From IMG/VR virus record IMGVR_UViG_3300025256_000001: a stretch of 64,000 nt of DNA; one strand, written 5' to 3'. Position numbers and translations under genes: made by a program. This DNA comes from an uncultured virus (IMG/VR IMGVR_UViG_3300025256_000001) (Duplodnaviria > Heunggongvirae > Uroviricota > Caudoviricetes). The notes beneath the pieces were generated by a model. It saw only the letters and a program-made list of their open reading frames with translations. It had not been told where the DNA came from and ran no database searches. Of this stretch, positions 18,301-27,485 are shown piece after piece. Numbering within the stretch: position 1 is the stretch's first letter; each line of letters opens with the position of its first letter.

Positions 18301-20606
18301 AGGACGCAGATGGCCTGGGCATTCTGCGCAAACAGAGCTATGACGCCTTGAATCGTCTAGTGCAAACTATCGACAACTACAACGGCAACGATGGTGCAAC
18401 CAAGAACACGACCATTCAATACGGCTATGACAGCCTAGATCGGCTCACTCAAGTCACCGATCCTGGTAACCTCAACACTACTTACAGCTACGACGGGCTG
18501 AGCGATACAACCGGCCAGGTTAGTCCGGATACGGGAACCACCAGCCGCACCTTCGATGCCGCAGGCAATGTACTGACAAGTACCGACGCAAAGGGCATCA
18601 CGGCTATCAATACGTACGATGTTCTGAATCGTCTAATCAGCACCAGCTACCCGGATGGCACCCAGAACGTTACCTATGCCTACGACGAAGCAAACAGCGT
18701 CACGGGCTGCAGCAGCAGCTATCCAGTCGGGCGACTGACGCGCATTATTGAGAACAGCGTAACCACGGTGTATTGCTACGATGCGCGTGGCAACGTCATT
18801 GAGAAGCAGCAAACCATCAATGGGACAACGGATACAACCGGCTATGCGGTTAGCGCTGCTGGGAGGGTAACCAGCATTGTGTATCCAAGTGGGACCCAAG
18901 TGAGTTACACCAGGGATGCCGATGGACGTATCCAGTCGGTGAGCGTGATACCCTCGGGTAGCACGACGGCCACCACGGTAGTAAGTAACGTTACCTATCA
19001 ACCATTCGGTCCGGTCAGTGGCTACACCTTGGGTAACGGTCAGGCCGTTGCACGCGCCTACGATGCCAACTACCGCCTGACGGATATCACTAGCGCTGCG
19101 TTTTCGTTACATCTGGCTCGCGATATGATGGGCGACATCACGGCGATCGGCAACGCCAGCGGGGCTAATCCGGCCACCGAAACTTACAGCTATGATCCGC
19201 TATATCGCTTGACGGCGGTAACTGAGGCCGATGGCTCTACGCTCGAAAGCGTAACGTACAACCAGACGGGCGATCGTTTGACCAAAGCCGCATCTGACTT
19301 GGATACCGGCTCCTACACGTACGGCTCTGGCACTCACCAGCTGACGGCGATCGGAAATCAGGCACGGACTGTGGACGCCGATGGCAACACGACAGCGATT
19401 ACGCAAGCAAGTGGCACCTACGGGTTTGGCTACAGTAGCCGCAATGTATTGACGGTTGCCCAATTCGCGGGGGCCACTGTTGGCACTTATACCTACAACG
19501 CGCTGCGCCAGCGGATTAGCAAAACTGGAAGCGGTACAGTGCGGTACGGCTACGATGAAGCCAAGCATTTGGTGGGCGAGTATGGTGCATCCACGCGTGA
19601 TTATGTGTGGATGGGCGACATTCCAGTGGCGACCGTCGATGTCAGCGCCACAAGCAATCCCACAAGCACATCTTCTTGCACGTCTTTCTCGTCGTGTCCG
19701 ATTCACGGTGGCCCAATCAAAGCGCCTTCGCCAGGCACGGGTACTTCAAGTTTGAGCGGAACCATGACGACCACTGTCAACTACGTTTACGCCGACGGGC
19801 TCGGCACGCCGCGTGCGGTAGCTAGCAGTACGGGTACAGTAATCTGGCAGTGGGCTTACCAAGGCAATCCATGGGGCGAGGTGGCACCCATGTCAGTAGG
19901 TGGCTATGTGCTCAATTTGCGTTTCCCCGGTCAGTACTACGACCAGGAAACAGGATTGATCTATAACGTGAATCGCTACTATGAAGCGCCCGCTGGGCGT
20001 TACCTTCAGAGCGATCCTGCAGGTCTGCAAGGGGGAATCAACACATATAACTATGTGAATGGGAGCCCGCTGGACTATGTCGATCCACTAGGGCTTCGTC
20101 CGCCGACGTCCGGAGAAATATCGATGCTCAATCAAGTATTCAATAACACCGTGGATTTCTCGAAAGTGAACATTGTATCGGGTGCTGGCTTGGATCCGCG
20201 TGCCTGGGCGCCTATAGCCACTGACAATGCTGTCACTCTTGAAAATACTATCCATTTTCCTTCGTCGGGCTACCAATCGGACTTCTCCAAGGCTAATTTG
20301 ACTGACCAAGCTTGGCTGGCGCACGAGATGACTCATGTTTATCAGTACCAGAACAATCCCAACTACAGCTGGCGCAAGGCAGCTATGGAGGGAACAAGAA
20401 GTGACACATACAAATATAGCTTGAGCGAACACGGTTGCTTCAACGATTATCGATATGAACAACAGGCAGCGATAGTTGCGGATTATTATGCTGCCCTGCA
20501 GCGGCCATGGTCGCCAGCTCTTCCTGACTATGAATCTCTACTAAACCAGGTAGGTCTTGGCATGAATCGTGGTGCTCCGCCAATCTGGTTTATAGGAGAT
20601 CGATAA
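15321..20606 (+). CDS. rhs: RHS/YD-repeat polymorphic toxin: signal peptide, beta-propeller, RHS core, C-terminal HExxH metallopeptidase
   Basis: LLAALAVSLCLQPAFA signal; GDPINSATGN; many YD repeats; PGQYYDQETGL..RYLQSDP..DPLGL; WLAHEMTHVYQ..YEQQA. Confidence 0.92.
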   Translation: MERAMNGFVWKQVNTSSTYRPHKYSFSIARLLAALAVSLCLQPAFADGVPLRPGEVFVTTFTGAGSTWGHHVKHFSPNGVLLDNFNFGTNNAYFGSLSVDASNNLYIPTDGTYDEAIHTISNSGVMGLFGGGYAFPTSVAFDNNGNVYVGQNPSSNNSPGAILKFDGNGNLLTSYSIPVDPSTGDAIDHMALANDHCTMRYTTGGDSIHQFNICTNTQLSDFVSSLSDPFGGTEVLYDVRQLPNDNLLVASWDYVFLLSSSGGVLNQYEFNDGPYYASLGSVYPDPDNHTLWMADSNSGNVFRVNMQTGAIVSSFSAYDPGHTSTTAESIGYLAVVPGNPNGKELGKSCNCIGDPINSATGNEYKDDEDISLGALSFHRYYNSQTSVAPAHMGTNWRHTFDRSIEYVPSIGLTVATAFRPDGRELNFTLTSGQWVADPDVADRLTPQTDTSGALTGWTYFDSTTRYQESYDKNGNLLSITDTDGLVTTLAYSTSSTPSSVAPAAGLLLTVTDPRGRALNFTYNSNATVAAISEPDGGSVTYGYDGNRNLTSVTYPDKSSRQYVYNESTLTSGANLPAALTGDIDETSIRFTSISYNTQGKATMSMLASNIAETQVAYNADGTSTVTYPTGSQSTLTFNQQFGSFQRATASAPCGVQCDQPYASSTYDANGYLASATDFNGNVTVTTYDTNGLLDQQVEASGTRNQRATNFTWNTTLRVPLTRTIVDASGNTVGSTQWIYNGIGQVLARCDIDPGNSAASRYACSTSGSVPSGVRRSTYTYCTVVDTTQCPFVGLTLTITGPRTDVTQTTTYTYYLTSSATNCGTPGAACYQVGDIHTITDAAGHVTTIASYDADGRVTRTTDANGINTDMSYTARGWLASSIVGGATTSFTYTPYGAVQTVTDPDGVVTTYGYDAAHRLVKITDAQGNYVQYTLDAAGNKTAEKTYDSSGTLHKSLSRNFNTLGQLTKVMDGLNHTTFDASASGNYDANGNLVQDADGLGILRKQSYDALNRLVQTIDNYNGNDGATKNTTIQYGYDSLDRLTQVTDPGNLNTTYSYDGLSDTTGQVSPDTGTTSRTFDAAGNVLTSTDAKGITAINTYDVLNRLISTSYPDGTQNVTYAYDEANSVTGCSSSYPVGRLTRIIENSVTTVYCYDARGNVIEKQQTINGTTDTTGYAVSAAGRVTSIVYPSGTQVSYTRDADGRIQSVSVIPSGSTTATTVVSNVTYQPFGPVSGYTLGNGQAVARAYDANYRLTDITSAAFSLHLARDMMGDITAIGNASGANPATETYSYDPLYRLTAVTEADGSTLESVTYNQTGDRLTKAASDLDTGSYTYGSGTHQLTAIGNQARTVDADGNTTAITQASGTYGFGYSSRNVLTVAQFAGATVGTYTYNALRQRISKTGSGTVRYGYDEAKHLVGEYGASTRDYVWMGDIPVATVDVSATSNPTSTSSCTSFSSCPIHGGPIKAPSPGTGTSSLSGTMTTTVNYVYADGLGTPRAVASSTGTVIWQWAYQGNPWGEVAPMSVGGYVLNLRFPGQYYDQETGLIYNVNRYYEAPAGRYLQSDPAGLQGGINTYNYVNGSPLDYVDPLGLRPPTSGEISMLNQVFNNTVDFSKVNIVSGAGLDPRAWAPIATDNAVTLENTIHFPSSGYQSDFSKANLTDQAWLAHEMTHVYQYQNNPNYSWRKAAMEGTRSDTYKYSLSEHGCFNDYRYEQQAAIVADYYAALQRPWSPALPDYESLLNQVGLGMNRGAPPIWFIGDR

Positions 20607-21002
20607 ATGAAAAGCGTCTTAATGTCACTTGCTCTTTTCCTACTTGCATTCAATCTCTGTGGAATGTCATCTAGATACACCATCAAAGTTGTACATGACG
20701 GTGCATCCTTGATCTCGTTTCACTTTGAAGGAAGTGGTGCGCCTAAGGCTGGTGGCGTGGAAGTTAATACCTTTCTTGTAGTAAAGCGTGATGACTCAGG
20801 GCACTGGGACTACAAAAATCCCATGTGGGCATTTGAGCTTTCTCCTGGTAATGCTAAGCCGCTATCCAATGTGACGTATGGCGAAGTACCTGTTGGATTC
20901 GCGGAGACAACGAAGGCAAAGCCGCTGGAGCGAGATGTTCATTACTTGGCGGTTGGTCTTACTCCGGGATCAGGAGGGTCTGTCGAGTTTACAGCTCAAT
21001 AG
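20607..21002 (+). CDS. Putative cognate immunity protein, exported
   Basis: Abuts the rhs stop codon; N-terminal signal-like MKSVLMSLALFLLAFNLC. Confidence 0.65.
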   Translation: MKSVLMSLALFLLAFNLCGMSSRYTIKVVHDGASLISFHFEGSGAPKAGGVEVNTFLVVKRDDSGHWDYKNPMWAFELSPGNAKPLSNVTYGEVPVGFAETTKAKPLERDVHYLAVGLTPGSGGSVEFTAQ

Positions 21003-21048
21003 CGATGGCCAAATGGCCACTGGGCTTAGTCATGTATCGGAGCTGGTG

Positions 21049-21432
21049 ATGAGCGGTAGCCATAGCAGTGATGCAGATCTCATGGAACTTAAGTCGGAGT
21101 TGCTTGCTGCCGAAGAAGTCTTGGATACGGAATATTCCTTCGATCTTGCGGAACCACATTATGATCGTTGCTTGGAAATTATTGGCAGGCAAGCCATAAG
21201 CCGATCTGACATTGTTGCTCTTATCGGATCACTGTTTTCTTCAAAATCGATAAGTGATGAGCCCGTTGCCGTTCTAGTTCATAAATTGCGCTGGCCGGAA
21301 TTTCGGGTTTGGGTGGAAAAGGAATTGCATAAGCTAGACCGACCGAGGGTCGATGGCAGGCCCCTGGAAAAGATCCTTGCGGCGTACGAAGACGACTGGG
21401 GAAACAGAGTTTTTTACAAAATGTTTTCCTAG
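21049..21432 (+). CDS. Hypothetical protein, possible orphan immunity
   Basis: Acidic helical ORF downstream of the rhs pair; start uncertain. Confidence 0.5.
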   Translation: MSGSHSSDADLMELKSELLAAEEVLDTEYSFDLAEPHYDRCLEIIGRQAISRSDIVALIGSLFSSKSISDEPVAVLVHKLRWPEFRVWVEKELHKLDRPRVDGRPLEKILAAYEDDWGNRVFYKMFS

Positions 21433-21652
21433 CTGTTGCCTCGGTTCAGCGTTCAACTACTTCTAGTATTTGCGACATGGTGGACCTGTCTTGCATTGGG
21501 TTGTTGTTGGTGCTTCTGCATGGATAGAGCTCCACCATTCTTAGGAGTCTGATGAGTGCCCCCGGTCCCGGCATAAGTAGTCGAGAACAAGTCCTCGCTG
21601 GTCAGCTCACGGTGACTTCACCTTTTATCTCTGGGCGAGGAGGCAATTGACT

Positions 21653-22192
21653 ATGGCTTCGCATAGCCGATTGTCAACAGCCGTTATTGCCATATGCTTG
21701 GTCTCGCTCACCGCGTGCTCTTTACCATTCGGCGGCAGTCCGAGAGATATTCGAGTGACGTCGGTGAGCGATGTGGACTACAAAGGCCAGACGCAAATCG
21801 ACTTTGTGGATCATCCCCCACATCCGTCAAAAATCATTTCCCGTATCGATTTCACAACCAGCACGGACCTACTAGCGCTGTCTGCATCGAAGGACTACAA
21901 CGTGACCTTCGCGGTTGGACCATGTACCAAAGCCGGAGTGCAGGACAGCATTCGACACTACGGTAAGATTTATTGGGGCAAGCTGCTGATCAATGACAGC
22001 ACGAAAGCGCCCCCTGAATACGCGGCAGCGATGGCCAAAGGGCCTCCGTTTGCGTACCAAGCATACGTGGAAAGGTTGGCTGCGAATGCCGATCAGGGAT
22101 CGCTCTGCTTCGCCCTTGCCGGAGGCAATATGTTGGGAGGTAAGTTGAAGTCGAACGTCGCGGTGATTCCCTTAGGGTTGACTCACGAGTGA
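21653..22192 (+). CDS. Putative lipoprotein
   Basis: Lipobox LVSLTAC after a hydrophobic stretch; GAGGAGG RBS. Confidence 0.7.
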   Translation: MASHSRLSTAVIAICLVSLTACSLPFGGSPRDIRVTSVSDVDYKGQTQIDFVDHPPHPSKIISRIDFTTSTDLLALSASKDYNVTFAVGPCTKAGVQDSIRHYGKIYWGKLLINDSTKAPPEYAAAMAKGPPFAYQAYVERLAANADQGSLCFALAGGNMLGGKLKSNVAVIPLGLTHE

Positions 22193-22199
22193 ATCAAAC

Positions 22200-22599
22200 A
22201 TGTTCTTCGTTAGGTGCCTATTGTTCGCGTTAATAACATCGCCGTGCATGTTCCCAGTTCTGGCTTCGGAAAGTCAGGGATATCAATTCGGAGAGCAGGG
22301 CTATGTGTTAACTCCGCAACAAGTGATAACGCTGACGAATGAAGCGCTGGATGGTTCCGGTCGTGCTGCGTTACGTCTCTCGAGATTTTATTCGAACGTG
22401 ACGACAAATCTTGATGAGGCGTTGAGGTGGGCGATTATTGGCGCGGAAAATGGTGATGCTAACTGCCAGTACACGGCATATGCATTCCTTGATAGCAGGA
22501 TTTTCTGCCGAGGACAGGAGGCGCGCTCAATTCTGGCTGCATAAGGCGGCAAGCCAGGGTTATCGGCCGGCAATAGAGCGCATCCGAAGCAGTAAGTGA
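22200..22599 (+). pseudogene. Exported Sel1-like repeat protein, frameshifted at 22501-22504
   Basis: Signal peptide, EALRWAIIGAENGDANCQY; the shifted frame continues RAQFWLHKAASQGYRPA. Confidence 0.65.
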
Positions 22600-22678
22600 T
22601 AGAGCGATTGGGTTGCTGCTGTTGAAGTTCGAGCGCGCCGTACAATCCCAAAGCATCACAGAACGTGTTGTTGGTTGC

Positions 22679-23740
22679 TTAGCCGACGTTTGTACTGTCG
22701 GTGTCATTCCCATCGTCTACTGCTGTGTGGTCACTGATTGCTGCTCTATTTTCCAATTCAAGCGACGTGAGATAGCCACCGCTGCCGTCGAGCTTGTGCG
22801 TGGCCTTGGCGACAATCCATTGGTAGGCGGTGATAACATCCGGCCAGTCCACGAGCTTCACCGGCACCTCGGGAAAGATGTCCGGCCGACCGATGGCCAG
22901 ATCCAGCGTGAACGTCGCTGCGCCACGCTTTACACGCGCCAGTTCGGTTTCGGCGGCACGGCTAGCGTCGGCTTCGGTGGGGAAATCTCCGCGCAGGATC
23001 TTTATGTGCCCGTGCTTGCCGGCAAGTGCTAGACGTCCGCGCGCACCGTTCATGTCATGCCAGCGAGCTTGCACACCTGTATAGGCGCTGCGGTCGATTT
23101 CCTGGAAATGATGGCGATCGCCGCTCGCGCGCCGGATTATCAGCGAAGGAATGTCCGTGCCGCCCGCTGTTTTCGCCTCGCCGATCGGCGCGAAAATTAG
23201 GTGCCCATGCTTGACCGTGGCCACCGCATCGAAGTGCTTGCCTATGCGGCGAAGCAGCGCCATGTCGCTTTCGGTTTGGTCGAGCTGCGCGATGGGCGCG
23301 CTCGCCAGCTTGCTGGATACGTGCGGCGTAAGCCCATGCTCGCCGGCGATCACGCTAACGATGTGGCCCACGGTGGTATCGCTCCAGCTGCGTTCCCTGC
23401 GTGTAGCCAAGGGTCCGGCCATACGCGCACTGCGTGCCCGCACCGTGATGGTATCGGGAGCACCGCGGTGCTCGACTTCATCCACGATATAGGAGCCCTG
23501 CAGGCACATGCCCGACGTGTCGAAACCCAACGACACTTCGATGCTGACGCCCTTGCGTGGCATCACGATGCGACCGGTGGTGTCTTCAAATTCCAGCTCC
23601 AACTGGTCGGCATGATCTTCGCGGCATGCCACCAACGTCATGCTGCTCAAGTGCGATTCCAGGCGGCGCGTGACGTCGGTACCGTCCACCACCACCTTGA
23701 ATACCGGGCGCACGATCGCGCTGCGTTCACTGGCCATCAC
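22679..23740 (-). CDS. D: P2 gpD late control/baseplate hub protein
   Basis: VDEVEHRGAPDTITVRARS, DQTESDMALLRR. Confidence 0.9.
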   Translation of the reverse strand: MMASERSAIVRPVFKVVVDGTDVTRRLESHLSSMTLVACREDHADQLELEFEDTTGRIVMPRKGVSIEVSLGFDTSGMCLQGSYIVDEVEHRGAPDTITVRARSARMAGPLATRRERSWSDTTVGHIVSVIAGEHGLTPHVSSKLASAPIAQLDQTESDMALLRRIGKHFDAVATVKHGHLIFAPIGEAKTAGGTDIPSLIIRRASGDRHHFQEIDRSAYTGVQARWHDMNGARGRLALAGKHGHIKILRGDFPTEADASRAAETELARVKRGAATFTLDLAIGRPDIFPEVPVKLVDWPDVITAYQWIVAKATHKLDGSGGYLTSLELENRAAISDHTAVDDGNDTDSTNVG

Positions 23741-24162
23741 CGCGTTCCCGTAATGGCCGGCTCATCGGCGGGCAGGTTGTCCGACCGGCACAGCGTCAGC
23801 GCAAAATCCACCCGCCGCGGCGTGCCGTCGTCAAAGAGATAGCGCTGCGTGGTCTCCAGGCTCTGAATGAAATACACCCCGTACACGTAGCCTGCGCCAT
23901 CGACCAGCACATACGCCTGGCCGCCACGTCCCATGGTTTCCAGTTGTGTGATGGAGGCGAGCGTGCCGGTGACGCCCGGCGCCACGGTGCCGCTCAGGGT
24001 GATGATCTCCTCGCCCGGGCCGAGGTACTGGTAGTTGTCGCGCTCGCCCACGCGCACCGCGGCGCCGTGCTTGAATTGCATCTGCCGGCGCAGTTCGTCG
24101 TAGGCGGCCGTTTGTAGGCCAAACGCAAACGGCCCAAACGCCATCAGGGTGTAACCGGCCAT
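23737..24162 (-). CDS. U: P2 gpU tail protein
   Basis: LMAFGPFAF..YQYLGPGEEIITLSG..DGTPRRVDFALTL. Confidence 0.9.
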   Translation of the reverse strand: MAGYTLMAFGPFAFGLQTAAYDELRRQMQFKHGAAVRVGERDNYQYLGPGEEIITLSGTVAPGVTGTLASITQLETMGRGGQAYVLVDGAGYVYGVYFIQSLETTQRYLFDDGTPRRVDFALTLCRSDNLPADEPAITGTR

Positions 24163-24163
24163 C

Positions 24164-26914
24164 TCAGCCCTCGTCCGCATACGCGGAGTTCGCCCGCGCC
24201 CGCTGTGCTCGTGCGTGATCGTTGAGCGCATCCTGCACGGCGCGCTTGACCTGCGAAGGCTCCGCGCCGCGCGCATCGATGTGCACCTGGTACGTGTTGC
24301 CCGCTGCAGTACGCGCGCCCATCGGATCGGTTGCCTGGATGGCACCCTGACCCGTGGCGCCGGGATGGCCGGGCGTGCGGCCGATGGCGTCGGCGACCTG
24401 GCGCGCCCGCTCGCGGTCGTTCGGCATGATCCATTCGATCGGCACGCCGCCGGCGGGCGCTGGACTGTTTCCAAAACTGCGCATGCGCGCGATCAGGTCG
24501 CGTACGCCCTGCAGCTTGTCCGCGATCCACTCCAGTGTTTTGCGCGCGGCGTCCTCGACGGTCTGCCACATGGTCACGAACCACGCCTTGACCGGCTCCC
24601 ACTGCGTGACGACCCAGCCGGCGGCGGTGCCGATCGCTTCGCCGAGCCCCACGAACGCCCTCACGGCCATCGTGATGGCGTCGATGACCCCGGCGATGGC
24701 GCCGCCGACCAGCGTGCCGAACGCAACACCGTTCTGGCGGGCGGCGTCGAGCTGCTCACTCGTCGCTTGGAACGGTTGCCACAGGTGCGACACCCAGCTC
24801 CATACCGTCGCGAGCATCGCTCCCAGCGGCGCGACCACGTCGTGCAGCGCTGCACCGAAGCGCTGAAACGCCGGCCCCACCGTGTGCGCGATGCCCTGAC
24901 CCAGTCCTTCGAACCACGCGCGGATCGGTCCCCAGTAGCGGTAAACAACAAGCGCGGCGGTGGTGATCAGGGCAACCAGGGCAAGCATTGGTGCGCTCAC
25001 TCCCATCACTGCGATCGCCGCGGCGCGGGCGCCACCGATCAGCAGCGGAAACAGCCGCGCCAGTCCCACACCGCCCCCGCCGCCGAGCGTGAGGCCGCCC
25101 ATGCGCAACAGAAAACGCAGCAACGCGAACTGGCCGATCAGGCCACCCAATCCGACCATCAGGCCGCCGATGACGGTGGCGAGCACACCCAGGCTGCCGG
25201 CGACCAGCACGATGCCCTTGGCCAGCCTCGGGTGGCTTTGGTTCCAGCTCGTGAGGCCGCGTACGGCGTGGGTGAGCTTCTGCAGTCCGGCGACATACAC
25301 CGGCAATAATTGCGTGCCCAGCTCGCGGTAGAGATCGGACTTGCGCGCGAGCAGCTCTGCCTCCTGGCCGGCGGCAGTCTGCCGGGCTTCGTCGTAGAGT
25401 GCGTTGACGCCGTAGGCTTTCGGTGCCGCGGCCAGGTGTTTGGCGATGTTCGCGCGCTCCAGGTAGAGCGAGGCAAACAAGTCGCCGCCCTTGCGCCCCG
25501 AGAACAGCGCATTGATCTTGCTGATGACCTGATTGTCGCTGAGCGTGCCGTTCGGATTGAGCCGCGGCACGACGCGTGTCATCAGGTAGTCGAACGGGTT
25601 GGTGCGATACAGCTCACCGTCTTTCAGCGCATCGGGCAGCATCTTGGTGATGTGGCCGGTCTTGCCGTACCTCACTGCGCCGGGATTGAGCAGGCCAAGT
25701 TGCGCGAGTTCTTCGGCGGCTTGCTGGGTGCTGCGGCCCGCCGCCCAGTTCTGGTAGGCGGTGGCCAGTCCCGTGCCGGCGCGGTGACCGCCCATCTCCT
25801 GCATGGTGTGCAGCATGCCGAAGAAAAACGGCGTGTCATCGAGCTGTTTCGCCGCGATGCCGCCGGTCTTGATCATGTTGAGCAGGTCTTCGGGCTTCAC
25901 CAGGCCACCGGAGGCGACGTAGGCCTGCGTGGCGAAATCCAGCACCTGCTTCAGCCGCGTCGGATCCTTCGCGGCGCCGCGCAGTTCGGCCACCTTCAAG
26001 AGGTCCAGGAACATCGCTTCGGCGTTGGCACCGTGGCCCTCGCCATGGCCGCCGTTGGCCATCACCGTTTCAATGCCGAACTTCATGCGCGCCAGATACG
26101 GCGCGACCTGTTCGGATTCGTGCATGTCGCGCAGCACGCTGTAGCTCTCCTTCAAGAGCTTCAGGTTCTCCGTGGCGCTGGTGCCCATGATGTCCATGCC
26201 GCGGGCGAAGGTCATCGCATCGCTCACGGTGGCCTCGCCGACGCCCATGGCCCGCAACTGTGCCACCTGGGTCTGAAACGCCTTGGCCTCCTCCATCGCT
26301 GGACTGAGCGCGCCCAGCACATGCTGTCCGGTGGCCATCGCGGCTGCGCCGCCCACAGCCAGATGCGTGCCCGTGGCCTGCGTGCGCGACAACGCGGCGC
26401 GTGCGGCGCCCATGCGCTGCTGTTGTTGCGTGAGCGTCTGCAACTGCCGCTGCTGCGCGTCCATTTGTTTGGTGGTCGCGGCAACGGCGTCGCGCAACTG
26501 GCGCTCGTGCTGCGCCAGGTTGCGCGTGTGCATGCCGGCCGCGGCCAACCCTTCGCGCATCTGCTGCAAGCGGCGCGTCTGCGCCTGGTACTGCCGGCCG
26601 AGCGTATCGGCCTGACGTTTGGCCGCGTCGAACTCACGCCGCTGCGCACGGGTCGGCGCTGTCGTGGCCGCGATGGCTTTACCGAGCTCCGTGGCGCGCG
26701 TACGCGCCGCGTGCATCTGCGCGGCCAACTGCTGCGTGCCGGCCTTCAGCTCACGAAAACCTTTGAGATCCGCTTGCGCCTTCTCCAGTTCCTTCAGGCG
26801 CTGGCGGGTGTCGCGCAGCGCCTTGGAGGTCGCCGACGAACTGCCGGCGATGGCCCGTAGCGGTGCGGTGGCCCGATCGATGGCACTCAACAGCACGCTT
26901 AGTTTGAGATCCAT
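24164..26914 (-). CDS. T: Tail tape measure protein
   Basis: MDLKLSVLLSAIDRATAP; long Ala/Gly-rich helical protein. Confidence 0.9.
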   Translation of the reverse strand: MDLKLSVLLSAIDRATAPLRAIAGSSSATSKALRDTRQRLKELEKAQADLKGFRELKAGTQQLAAQMHAARTRATELGKAIAATTAPTRAQRREFDAAKRQADTLGRQYQAQTRRLQQMREGLAAAGMHTRNLAQHERQLRDAVAATTKQMDAQQRQLQTLTQQQQRMGAARAALSRTQATGTHLAVGGAAAMATGQHVLGALSPAMEEAKAFQTQVAQLRAMGVGEATVSDAMTFARGMDIMGTSATENLKLLKESYSVLRDMHESEQVAPYLARMKFGIETVMANGGHGEGHGANAEAMFLDLLKVAELRGAAKDPTRLKQVLDFATQAYVASGGLVKPEDLLNMIKTGGIAAKQLDDTPFFFGMLHTMQEMGGHRAGTGLATAYQNWAAGRSTQQAAEELAQLGLLNPGAVRYGKTGHITKMLPDALKDGELYRTNPFDYLMTRVVPRLNPNGTLSDNQVISKINALFSGRKGGDLFASLYLERANIAKHLAAAPKAYGVNALYDEARQTAAGQEAELLARKSDLYRELGTQLLPVYVAGLQKLTHAVRGLTSWNQSHPRLAKGIVLVAGSLGVLATVIGGLMVGLGGLIGQFALLRFLLRMGGLTLGGGGGVGLARLFPLLIGGARAAAIAVMGVSAPMLALVALITTAALVVYRYWGPIRAWFEGLGQGIAHTVGPAFQRFGAALHDVVAPLGAMLATVWSWVSHLWQPFQATSEQLDAARQNGVAFGTLVGGAIAGVIDAITMAVRAFVGLGEAIGTAAGWVVTQWEPVKAWFVTMWQTVEDAARKTLEWIADKLQGVRDLIARMRSFGNSPAPAGGVPIEWIMPNDRERARQVADAIGRTPGHPGATGQGAIQATDPMGARTAAGNTYQVHIDARGAEPSQVKRAVQDALNDHARAQRARANSAYADEG

Positions 26915-27030
26915 CACTCCTCCACACCGTTGCGAAGGCGCGCCTGCTCGCGCCAGTCCATCAGTTCGGTCACCTCCATGGCATCCATCACCGGCGGCGC
27001 CCAATGGAACACCACCGCGATGTCGGCCAT
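26914..27030 (-). CDS. E': P2 gpE' extension (GpE family)
   Basis: MADIAVVFHWAPPVMDAMEVTELMDWREQARLR. Confidence 0.85.
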   Translation of the reverse strand: MADIAVVFHWAPPVMDAMEVTELMDWREQARLRNGVEE

Positions 27031-27038
27031 CGCGTCCT

Positions 27039-27341
27039 CTACGCGGGCGGGAAGCCCTCGCGGCTCGCTCGCGTCAACAAAAAACCGGACACCTCCACTC
27101 CGAACTGGGTCAGATCCGCCGGATCCAGGTTCGCCACCTCCATCTTGGTCAGCGTGGGCTGCGTGATGCGCGGCAGGACGATTTCCAGCGCGGCGACGTC
27201 CATGTGCAGCAGGTTCACCAACTGCGTGCCGCGCAGTTCGCCGGACTTGGGTTTGCGCACGGTGACCTGGGTGATGGTTTGCGTGCCGCGCTCGATGGGT
27301 TCTTCGAGCATGATGGTGGCGGCGGTCTTGCGTTCGGTCAT
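27039..27341 (-). CDS. E: Tail assembly chaperone gpE
   Basis: VRKPKSGELRG..LPRITQPTLT..LDPADL; slippery TTTTTTG near the 3' end. Confidence 0.9.
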   Translation of the reverse strand: MTERKTAATIMLEEPIERGTQTITQVTVRKPKSGELRGTQLVNLLHMDVAALEIVLPRITQPTLTKMEVANLDPADLTQFGVEVSGFLLTRASREGFPPA

Positions 27342-27485
27342 GATGGATTCCTTTGCGATGGCTTGCCCACAGAGTGGTGGCGGGGGCTAAATGAGGGTCG
27401 TGATTGCGAAAGGGATTGCAATTTTCTGGTCGTGATTTCAGTTTTTGGTGGGCAGATTCCCGCTCACTTAAAACCAAGAGGAGTT

